DNA of 64,000 bases, taken from assembly GCF_963921235.1 (NCBI RefSeq), contig NC_086106.1, positions 25,606,001 through 25,670,000 on the forward strand. The letters run 5' to 3'. The notes beneath the pieces are model-generated. The model saw only the letters and a list, made by a program, of their open reading frames with translations. It was not told the DNA's origin and did not search any database. Shown one piece after another: positions 50,246 through 61,319 of the stretch; the first letter of the stretch is position 1, and each line of letters starts with the position of its first letter. Position numbers and translations under genes: made by a program. The DNA is from Mobula hypostoma. Taxonomy: Eukaryota.

Positions 50246-50999
50246 ACTGTTTAGCTTCAGCCTCGACAGGACGTCAAATTTCATCCGTGAAGTAATCACC
50301 ATGGCAGTTATTCGAGAGTAAAATTGTATCAGAAGTAGATTTCATGGTTCCGTAAACAATAATTGGTAGATAAAAGAATACCGAGGCTATATGAGCACGA
50401 GTCAGAATCCGGCGCTGTCATTGAATTCCCCATTTTGTCCTTTCCCACTCTCTCGCTCTCCCCCTCTCTCTCTCACTCTCTCTCTCTCTCTCTCTCTCTT
50501 CTCTTCTCTATGACTCTCATTCTCTCTCCTCCTCTCTCTCCACTCCTTGTCTCTCTCCATCTAGTTATATATTTCTCACTTTCTCGCTCTTTATATTCTT
50601 TACTATTTCTCACTCTCTTGCTGTCGCTCTCACGCCGAACATTGATTTCTATTTTTCAATTGTTATGCCTCTCTTGTTCGTCCTATCAACACCCTCGCTG
50701 TCTTTGACATTCTGCCGCTGCTCTCTCCCATCTCACATCATGTCACTCCATGCTAAACAACGTATTACTCAGTCATCCGCAACATAATGACTTTTTGTTA
50801 TTCATGTTAACTAATTTATCATCACCCTTTTAAATTTTGGCGAAATACCTTTCAATCGTTCAGCATCCCGCTGGATATTCCTTGTACAGAGCACACCAAA
50901 TATTTACTCCCTTGGACCACCTGGGCTTAGATGTTGAGGGGATACAGAAGGCACCTGTTAGATCAAGTAAACACTGCCAATACACAGGTGTCAGGATCC

Positions 51000-51310
51000 T
51001 GTGTCGCTGTGGAACTTAGAGTGATGAACTGCGCAAAGCTATTTGGTGGAGTCCGGCACAATGCCCCCGAACATATTTAAGGGGAAGAACCGACATTTTT
51101 GTCCCGAGACCCGAAATACTGACCCGATTGTCTTCGCGTAGAACAATATCTCCAGTCATGAATATTTTCGTCGGTTTTCCAGAAAATTGAAAGCACAACA
51201 AATAGACTCTGTCAGTTACCAATTAGCTGCTGCTCAGTGACACAGTAGCCCCTGCCACGGTCATAAAATTCTTCCGTTTGGGGTTTATAAAATCTGCCTT
51301 ACTGTTCCTT
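51000..51310 (-). pseudogene. Family-3 V-like relic E
   Basis: FINPKRKNFMTVAGATVSL..TDRVYLLCFQFSGKPTKIF.. Confidence 0.55.
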
Positions 51311-52433
51311 GGAGCTAGACCCAAGTGTAGGAGGGGCGCCAGAATGCAGTGAACCTACAGGACATGCTCCGACCGATTATACAGATTCAGTACATGCTCT
51401 GACCGATTATATAAAAGTAGTGGATACAAAGAACCTCTAGTACGTGGCTGTAGTGGGAATATGGTAGATTGAATAAAGTTAACGAGGATGATTTGAAGAT
51501 ATTCCTCCGGTAAAAGAAAAGTATTTCAAGTGGGGACAATCAACACTTTCTGGGAGACTCGGCGCTTTCTTTTCGAAGTATATGTGGCTATTATTTCTAA
51601 CTTAGTGCATTATAGCAATGATAAGAATAGACTGGAGTTAATTTACTCCCCCTGCCTCCACCACCATCCACACCTCGCTCTCGCTCTCGCCCACTCTCTT
51701 CGCCCTCATTCCCTCCGCTATAGTTTTTTTTTTCTCGCTTTCTCTCTTTTACTTGTACTATTTGTCTTTCTCTTTCAGTCTGGTGTCTCTCTCTCTGTCT
51801 CAATACATCGCTTTTGCCTTCGCCTCCCTCCGTCATCCTCCTATTCGTCACCTGCTGTTTCTCACTGTCACTGTGAGAGTTAAAGTAGGAGTTAAAGTAC
51901 TGTTACAATCGATATCTGTATTCTCTATCACGCTAAACTTTCGCAGGTTCTGTCGCATTATCTAAATACTCAGCATAAACCATAAGTAGCTGTTGCAACA
52001 ACCTTAATATTAGTGCCGAGCCACTTGTAATTCTTTGTCATTCAGAAGACCACTGATTTTCGCACTTCGTGTTTTCCTGTTTTCAGCCATTATCCAGTTT
52101 AAATATATCCCGCTTACACTCCATGCTCATTATGTCTCACTGCTGACACTCGAATAAAGTGGCCAAAGGCAATGTCAAGGAAGGTTGGCAAGATTGGTAT
52201 GCCGTTGCAGCAAAACGAGCATTGGAGAAAGCACACTGCGGTATCCGGAAAAATGCATTTAGAAGTTCCAGTTTAGAGCGCATTGTAATCAAGACCTGTT
52301 CCATTAGATTCGGCCACTTGCATTGCTGATTGTAGCGCGCTTACGTAGGAGACTTGAGCATGGCTGCTTTCCAGGTGCCACCTTCCAGTTTCTCGGGGAA
52401 AAAAAGCGCCCTCCATTGAGAGCTTTTAGCATT

Positions 52434-53600
52434 ATCATCATCATCAACATCACCATCATCATCAGGTGCTATGCCCAGTTTGAGCTTTGACTGTTATGGC
52501 CCCATGCTCCTGTTTCAGGCCAAGTGAATCAATTCATTGATATTCATTTCCAGTTCTCTGGCTGCTGTATCCATCATCATTTGTCTTTGTTTCCTTTTGC
52601 TTCTTTCCTTCAATGTTTCCCATAATTACCGTGCATTCTAACTCCTCTTTCATAATCAAATGTCCAATGAAGTTTCTTCAGTTCGCGCAATGGAAGGCAA
52701 TAGCAAACCACCGATACTAGGTTTCCAAGAATCTATTTGCTAAGAAACCCACGGCCAAACTCACAAAATGTATACCAGAATAGCAGCGTGAAGACGATCT
52801 TCAAGACAGTTCTGAAGATGTTTCGCTCTGTAGGGTTAACTCTGGGCAGCAGGGGATCCCAGACCGTCATCAAGCTATAGCTCATAAAATTTAAGCAATG
52901 CAAAAGAAAATTATTGCCACTTGGAATGTAAGAGCACTATATCAATCAGGAACATTGGGCAATGTGATAAATGAAATAGAAAGACTAACAATTACCTTCA
53001 AGGGAATTAGCGGAGTACGCTGGACAGGTGATGGAGCATGTCAGAATAGAAATAAATCAGTACTTTGTTGTTGTGTAATATTCCATACTAATTGAGTATG
53101 ATTTTTTATGGATGAAAACATGGCAAAAAGTGTTTTAGGACATTGGGTGATATCAGAAACAGTGCTCCTTGTTAGATTCGAGGACAAACATTTAATTTAA
53201 CAGATATACAGGTATATGCACCAACAACAGATGGAACAAATGAGGATATAGTTAATTTCTATGAACAGCTTGAATAAGCAAAGAATGGAAGCAAATCCCA
53301 AGATATTGTTACTGTCATGGGAGATCGAAATGCTAAAATAGGACAAGGTGCTGATAGAAATACCATTGGAAAATTTGGTCGAGCGGAAAGAAATGAAAGA
53401 GGCGAGAAATGGGTGGAACAGTGCTAGATGAATAATCAGGTCATTATGAATGCCTACTTTAAAAACCATCCAAGACCCGTGTGGATCTGGAAAAGTCCAT
53501 GTGATTGCACCAGCAAGCAAATTGACTTTATTTTTGCATTATACAGGACAGTTTTATACAGATGCAGATACATGCAAGAATTCGACCCAAAAAGCTTCAT
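52434..53600. mobile_element. RTE-clade LINE with inverted architecture
   Basis: 52434-52665 is a minus-strand 3' end with an (ATG)n tail. 52670-53540 is the plus-strand 5'/endonuclease part (IATWNVRALYQSG, QVYAPT, KSP..QIDFI). Confidence 0.75.
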
Positions 53601-54381
53601 GGATATGTAATTTAGCTGTCTAGCTACCTTTCTACAAACGTGTGGTAATGCTAAAGACTAACTGTGACATCAAAATAGAGACTACTGTCTCCTCTATCGC
53701 GATATCAGTCTTGTTAATGTGAAAGAGAGACAATATTTGAGGGACGACGAAACGTTGGAGTACATAGCTAGTTTTCGTTGTATTGTAGACCAATCCTCTC
53801 CTTCTGTCTTTGCGGTTGCTTTAACGGTAGTTGGTTGTAGAAATTCTGATGTTTTATGCTGGAATGAGTGGTAGAGGTAGAAATGGGTTAGCTTACTGCT
53901 ACTAGCCGCTGATTGTGCGAGGGAGGCAGCAGCGGGGCGTTCAGGTTCTTAACTTTTTTTCTGACATTGATGCTTTGGGTTTCGGTTCTGTTTTAAGGAT
54001 GTATGTGGAGACTACAATTTTCGGGTTGTGTATTGTGTACATTCACTGATAATACACACAACCATTCATGCATGCTGCACCTTCTTTTTGCTGTACCCTG
54101 GTAAATCTGACAGCAACAATATATATATATATTTCCACGTGTCCCATGTTGCCATGTTTTCCGATGCCTGCAAAAGACGATCTAGGTAGCATGTGCGCGT
54201 CATGAGAGAATTACTGAGGGTACATATTAGGAGTAACGTGCGAAAATTCGACAGACAAATGATTTGATAACAAGACAATAACACATAGGAACTGAATTAA
54301 GCCATTTAGCCTTTCGAGTCTGCTCCACCATTTCGGCCTAGACAGTGTGCTAATGGAATTATTCGATACAGAATGTATATA

Positions 54382-55996
54382 CAGTGGCATGCAAACGCTT
54401 GGGCACCCAGGTCAATTTTTTTGTTACTGTGAGTAGCTAAGCAAGTAAAAGATGCCCCTGATTTCTAAAAGGCATGAAGTTAAAGATGACATATAAATTT
54501 TTAATATTTTAAGGAAGATTACTTTTTTTTTTAATTTCCATCTTCTACAGTTTCAAAATAACAAAAACAGGAAAAGGGCCCGAAGCAAAACTTTGGGCAC
54601 CCGGCATGGTTAGTACTAAATAACACTCCTCTTTGGCATGTATCACAGTTTGTAAACGCTTTTTGTAGACAGCTAAGAGTCTTTCAATTCTTGTTTGGTG
54701 GATTTTTGCCTAATTCTTCCTTGCAAAAGGCTTCTAGTTCTGTGGGATTGTTCTGTCGTCTTGCATGCAGTACTCTTTCGAGATCTATCCACAGGTTTTC
54801 GAAAATGTTCGGGTCGGCGACTGTGAGGGCTATGGCAAAACTTCAGCTTCCGCCTCTTGAGGTAGTCCATTGTGGATTTTGATGTGTGATTAGTATCATT
54901 ATCCTGTTGTGGAAGCCGTCCTCTTTGCATCTTCAGTTTTTTTTTTACAGACGGTGTGGTGTTTGCTTCCAGAATTTGCTGGTAGTTAATTGAACGAATT
55001 CTTCCCGTTACCAGTGAAATGTACCCCGTGCCGCTGGCTGCAACACAAGCCCAAAGCATGATCGATCCACCCTCGTGCTTAACAGTTAGAGATGTGTATT
55101 TTTTCATGAAATTCGGCACCTTTTTATTTCAAACATACGGCCAAAAAGTTCTATTTAACTTCATCAGTCCAGAGGGCTTGTTTCCAAAATACATCAGGCT
55201 TATATAGATGTTCCTTTGCACACTTCTGACGCTGCATTTTGCGGTGAGGACGGAGGAAAGGTTTTCTTCTAACGACTCTTCCATGAAGGGCATATTTGTG
55301 CAGGTGTCGCTCCACAGCAGAGCAGTGCACCACCACTCAAGTGTCTGCTAAATCTTCCTGAAGGTCTTTTGCAGTCAAACTGGGGTTTTGATTTACCTTT
55401 CTAGCAACCCTAGGAGCAGTTCCCTCGGAAAGTTTTCTTGAACTTCCACACCTCAACTTGACCTCCACCGTTCCAGTGAACTACCATTTCTTAATTACAT
55501 TACGAACTAAGTAAACGGCTACCTAAAAACGCTTTGCTGTCTTTTTATAGCCTTCTCCTGCTTTGTGGGCATCATTTATTTTAATTTTCAGTGTGCGAGG
55601 CAGCTGCTTAGAGGAGCCCATTGCTGCTGATTGTTGGGACAAGGTTTGAGGAGTCAAGGTACTTATAAAGCTATGAAATTTCCATCACCAGGCCTTTCCT
55701 AACGATGATTGTGAACAAGACATAGCCCTAACAAGCTAATTATGGTCTGACACCTTGGTAAAAGTTGTCTGAAATCTCAAATCTCCTGGCGTGCCCAAAC
55801 TTTTGCATTGTGCTCCAATCTTTTTCTCACTCTTAAATTGTACAAAACAAAAATAATACACTAATTTGCTTACATATTGAAAAGAATCTCATCTTTAAAT
55901 TTATGACTTATGGAGCTCAGTTCATCTTCTACTCACTTAACAATTCACAGTAACATTAATTTTGGCCAGGGGTGCCCAAACTTTTGTATGCCAAAG
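54382..55996 (-). mobile_element. Tc1-family DNA transposon (IR/DR-like ends), transposase frameshifted
   Basis: TIRs CAGTGGCATGCAAACGCTTGGGCACC and GGTGCCCAAACTTTTGTATGCCAAAG, TA TSDs, inner repeats near 54591 and 55791. Motifs WTDEVK, VKHEGGSIMLW and QQDNDTNHTS. Confidence 0.92.
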
Positions 55997-57150
55997 TAAT
56001 TAAAATGAGAGTTTCAAAAAGTCGAAATATACCTTTGGAAACAGATGCTATCAGTTTGTGCTCCTTTGACAGTTACCGGACGTTCTCTCACTTTGTTTCT
56101 TCCATCGGTGGGAAGACACGAAGGTCTAAAACCATGTTCTAATCTGTAAGACAATAGATTATGCCCTTCTGCAAGAGTATCGAACTGTAGTTTGAAATTA
56201 AATCTTAATTCCATCTACCTCGGTATGATCTTGTTCTTTACCCCCGGCTTGCGCTGCATCTTGTACGTCTGTCACACTTTATTTTTGCTTACTTTTTGTG
56301 TTTTACTTTGTCCTGCCCCTATAAGCAGTGCATTGAATTTATCTGTAAAAAAAACTAATCAATGCAGTCATGCGGCAATAATAAACACATTCCATTTCGA
56401 ATTTAGATATGTAGCAAAATGCCAGACGTGGGGATAACATCGGATCCGTTAAATCTGGTTGGAAAACCAGGTTATAATAAATATCACTCATCTGTGATCC
56501 CAATCCCTCTCTCCTTCTCTGGCTCTTTTTTATACTAAAAATGCCTTCAGTATGAATTACGGGTTGTATGCAGTCACATACATGGATTTTAATCATAAAT
56601 ATACTTTAAACATTGAAGCTCCTTCTCACAGATCTGGAATGCGACGACCAAAGTAAAATCTCCATTCTCTATCACGTTAAACATCGACAGGTACAGTCGT
56701 ATTGTCTAAATACTCCGCATACATCTTAAGTATCTGTTGCAATGCCTTGAGTTTCAGTAGCATGCCACTTGCGCTTCCTTTTCAATTCGAAAACCAGCAC
56801 TTTTCCCATCCTATAGGATTATTTTTTAGTCAGCCATTGTGCAATTTAAATATATCCGGTTTTAACCCGGTGTTAATTGTTTCTCCTTGCAGACACAACA
56901 ACAGAGTAGCCAAAGACAACGTCAGTCAATGCTAGGAATCATGAGATGCCTTTGCCACAAAAGAATATCTATGAATGCACATTGCGTTTTCCCGGAAATG
57001 CAATGTAAACTTCCAGTTTGGATACGCCTTGTAATTAGCAACTTTTCCTTTCGCTTCGTCACCTTCTGCTGCTGATGGCAACGCCCTTAATTAGGGCACG
57101 TGACTATAGTTGATTTCGGGGTAAGCCCCTTTCAGATTCTGTGCAAAAAG

Positions 57151-57164
57151 GCGCCCTCCAGTGA
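57151..57164 (-). promoter_or_regulatory. CTCF-like motif 3' of the V9 RSS
   Basis: TCACTGGAGGGCGC, 23 bp past the nonamer. Confidence 0.6.
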
Positions 57165-57187
57165 GAGCTTTTGCATCACACCTGATA

Positions 57188-57226
57188 AGTTTTTGTCCGA
57201 ACCCGCCGTCCCCATACAACAGTGTG
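57188..57226 (-). other. 23-RSS of V9
   Basis: CACACTG + 23 nt + ACAAAAACT. Confidence 0.9.
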
Positions 57227-57657
57227 GTACTCATTGCACAGAGATACATGCCACTGTCCGATACAAGAGCTTCAGTGATATTTAATTGAGCCATCTTGCT
57301 GCCCTTATGCAAAGTAGCGTTTAATTTCACTGGGCAATCTGGATGACGATCCAGTCGTCCTGTGCTATATAACTTCAACAAGTACTTTGGAGGTCCGCCA
57401 CTATGTTGAATGTACCAAAAGATATCTGCGTCAGCGTAAGTGTAATTACAGTTCAGTGTTATGGTCTGTCCTTCCTTAGCCGTTAGGTCGGAAGGATCCT
57501 GCGTCACTGAATCTTTCCCACTCGTTCCTGCAAAAAAAAATGACACAATACGTCAACATTGGTTGCATTCAACGCGAGGGAAATTCACTGACCTGCTCTT
57601 CAGAGACTCACCAGGCAGCACAACCAATGTAATCAGTAATGAACAGAGGGAAATCAT
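57227..57657 (-). CDS. TRAV: TCR V gene segment V9 (leader 57612-57657, V exon 57227-57527), apparently functional
   Basis: Leader MISLCSLLITLVVLP/G, 84-bp GT..AG intron, open exon LNC..IFWY..HPDCP..YLCAMS. Confidence 0.9.
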
Positions 57658-57722
57658 GGTGTCTAATATGTGGCTGGGTCGAGCAGCAGATTGCTTCCAG
57701 GCAGGTATCACTTAACAGAAAT

Positions 57723-57861
57723 TGTGGTGTGAGATCGTTTAGGCGATATATTTTCATCTTGCGTAAATCCAGGGGGCGTTTCCCTGGTTAACGGATTGGC
57801 TGACAGAAAGAACCGAGCCTTTCAGATCGCCAATCAGAATCTGCTTTGTTTCCATTCGTCA
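57723..57861 (-). promoter_or_regulatory. V9 promoter block
   Basis: TGTGGT 57723-57728, ATTGG 57795-57799, CCAAT 57830-57834, CGTCA 57857-57861. Confidence 0.6.
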
Positions 57862-58985
57862 TTCTGCCTACTTCTCCGCTCTTTCAATATCCCGAGTTCA
57901 CCCCCCCCCCCACCCCGCTGCATTATCGTTTATTTATCAATGTGTAATCCAATACAATTAAGACTTTTCACGTGTTCGCTTTTTCAAATCCGACTGTATC
58001 TGGCTGGAAGTAGTTGATCTATTTGTTTATTTATTTGTTTTGTTAGTTGGTTATTGAAGATATATCCTACAGTAGGCCCTCAAGTCAATATGTTTCATTC
58101 TTCCAGTATTGCACTAATTATTCAAATGTCAGCAAGATTTATACCCCAACCTCTGTTTGCTGTTCGGGAGCCAATCTCCTATCCACGCCAATAGACTCCT
58201 GACAGCACACTCTGTGTAGTGACCACTTTCTTCGTTAAATAACTCACATCTGGCATTCCCCTTGTAATTTCTTCCAATCGTCCTGTGATATCGTCCTCTA
58301 GTATGTGCCACTTCCAACCTTAGGTCAAAGTGCTAGTTGTCCACGTTACCTATGCAGGTGTGTAACTGAAGTTCAGCATTACGATTCATTAACTTTTAAT
58401 CGTCGATGAGAAGAGATAAATCTTTCCCACACGATTCTATAACAAGACAAAACGACTGAACGTCCAGTGCTCGCATTGCAGCTGCGAGACACCCACTGAC
58501 AATCTGTGCAAATGTTAGCCGGGACAGCAAAGCCCATAATATCATTAAGGATCTTGAAACTCATGGAGTCTGCATTCTGGTGCGATCTAAAGCCAGATGG
58601 TACACAATAGGCTAATATCACAGGCTTGCAAGAATGTTGTCAGATACGCTGCATCCTTCCATTCGTGTAAAACCGGCGTAAATTGCTCTGCTAAATGGGA
58701 GCTGAACCGGGTAAATCAGAGCTGAGCTTATTTAGCCAGCGATCTAAACGAAACTGCTACACTCTCTGTTTCTTAATCATTTACTCTAATTATATTCTAT
58801 TTGTCGAACTCACACCTCCCTCCTTCGGTCGACTTTAAATGACACTTCACTTCGTGCAACGGTTCTCCTTCTTTATTCCGTCTATCGGATTTATCCTATA
58901 TTTCCATCGCTCTGTCACTCAATCGCTCTCTGTTCGCCTCTGTATTCAAAGCTAGTCCGTTTTTGTCTACTCCATACCCCCACCA

Positions 58986-59038
<53 letters not shown>

Positions 59039-59649
59039 CTCTTTCTCTCTCTCTCGCTCACTCTTCACTTCGCTCTATTCACTGCTTGCATAGGCAGCCA
59101 CCACAATTCAATCTCCATTTGTTTTCTAAGTCATCATTTTAGATTTTAACTAACTGGGGGAACATCCTTTAACTCATTGTCAGTTCACTACGTATTCATT
59201 GTGAATCCGAAAAAATACCATCCATTACTCTCCACTTTTAGCAAGCTAATGTCAATTGAGTCTACTTGAAATTTATCTTCATCAGAAGCGTTTAGCGTGA
59301 CTGCTAATCCGATGCTATCTAGTCACATACGCCCTCTGTATGTCCACGTTGAACTCATCTTCACTGTTAACCTTTTAAGGTGGTGAGAAATGATTTCCAG
59401 CCAAACGTTGACCACAAGATATTGTTCCAGACAACAGAAAAAGACATGGACACCAAAGATATCGTGGAAATCTTTCCGAAAGCTGTCACAATATCCCTCG
59501 CTAAAGCTGAATTCAAGAAGCATTCCTAAATGTTTGGAGAATTTTGCTGCTGAATGCAACATTTTAAGTTGACCAAGTGATGCTCATGGTTTGTGCATAG
59601 GCTGTGCTAGTTTCCCAGCAAAGGCGCCCTCTAGTGATCAAGCAAGGCT

Positions 59650-60114
59650 GGATTTTGCCCGCCCCACTATCTCTCTCTACAATACTGAAGAAGTCGTTGC
59701 ACAGTGGCATACGTCAAAGTCTCGGACAAGAACTCCAAGATATTTAAATGAGCTGACTCTGCCTTTGTGCATATCAGCTGTAAACTCCGCCGAAAATTCT
59801 GGAGACCGCTCCAGATTTCCCGAGCCATGTACATTCGGCAGTTATTTTTCGAGATTGCCCGCGATACTGCGTGTATCAAAAATGTTTGGACCAGTTAGTG
59901 GGTAATTTCAGTTCAGTGTGAGGGGCTGACTTTCATCATCTGTTAATTTAGGAGCATCCTAGATCAGTGAATCTTGCCCTCTCGTTCCTCAGTAATGGAC
60001 AGAATACAGTAATATCCCTGACTTGCACTGAACTCACGTGGCACTCGCTGGTCATATGTGCAGCGTCTTACCGTCAGGATGGGGAATGTAATGAATAAGA
60101 AACAGGAAACACAT
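59650..60114 (-). pseudogene. Family-2 V pseudogene D
   Basis: Frameshifted leader, Trp41 lesion, CHCATTS end, degenerate heptamer, nonamer GCAAAATCC; CTCF-like TCACTAGAGGGCGC at 59624-59637. Confidence 0.8.
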
Positions 60115-61319
60115 ACTTCTGGCTTCAGCCTCGATTGGACGGTATATAACTTCCAAGAATTTATTACTATGACAGATGTTGGAGAGTAGACTTCACGATG
60201 TCCTGCTCAGCGATTGATAGATAAATAGGAACCGAGGCTATTTCAACGGTAAAGGGAATCAGATTTCTTTGAATACCCCCCTCTGCCTTATTCCCCACGC
60301 TATAAATCTTTCTCTCACTCTCTCTCTCTTTCTCACTTTCTCTGTCCCTCCTCTCTCTCCACTCCCTATCTCTCCATCTGTCTACTTTATCTATATTTCT
60401 CTCTTTTAGCACTATCTCTCCGTCTCTATTTCTCACTCTCGTGCTGTCTCCCTACGTTCTTCTCTCCTTCGCTCTCCCTCCAAACAGTCATTTCTATTTA
60501 TCTACCACTTGCGTTCGCTGTACGAAATCACTCTCGCTTTCTTGGCCAATCTGGCCCTGCTCATTCTCTTCTCACCTGACTCACTCATGCTAAACAACGT
60601 AATATCCGGAATATTATGATTTCCCGAAACTCCAGTTATGTATTATCATTAGCCTTTTAAGTTATTGACGAAACACCTTTCAATCTATCAGCATCACGCT
60701 GGATATTCCTTGTCAATAGTACACCAAATATGTATTCCGTGATTTTTTTTCCATATGTGATCCAATCTCCCATCCATGCCAATGTATTCGAGTGAAACAT
60801 TATTTTCTGCAGTTGCTTTCTACCTTACATCTTAATGGCTCCCTTCTCAGAATGTAAAAATACTGTATATCCCGTTCACCGTGTATCGTAAAGGAAAGCT
60901 TGCGAAGTGTTCAATATCATGACAGTGTGTTGTTGACAACAGGGGGGAATGGATAAGAGTTGTTTAGGAAAGCTTTTAAGTTCCTATTTGTACCTACAAA
61001 CTGAATTCCGGCTTGGCGTCTGCGATCCTGAGTGCTGCCACATGAAGTCGAACAGGTGACCCTCCTTCGTCTTTGCGTCCATTCTTGTTTCTGTGTAAAA
61101 CTGACTCTCGAGTCAGCTCTCTTTACAACAGCTTGCGACTATATTTTCTCTATCCATTATCTCAGTTCAACACTCGGTGCTGTATAGCAGGCAGATGCAC
61201 AGAAGAGTCCGACACAAGAGGGTGATATTTCATTGAACAATCTTCCTTCATTTCATGAAGCAGTAGTAAACGGCAAAACATCGGGTACCGAAAAGAGACA
61301 GAGATGATGCTACGACTAG

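Noticed and set aside
51005-51022. CACAGCG-like heptamer after family-3 relics as an RSS
   Set aside because: No nonamer at 12 or 23 nt in any copy.
51360-51412. 30-bp-period duplication acatgctc.gaccgattata
   Set aside because: Local slippage duplication with no evidence of function.
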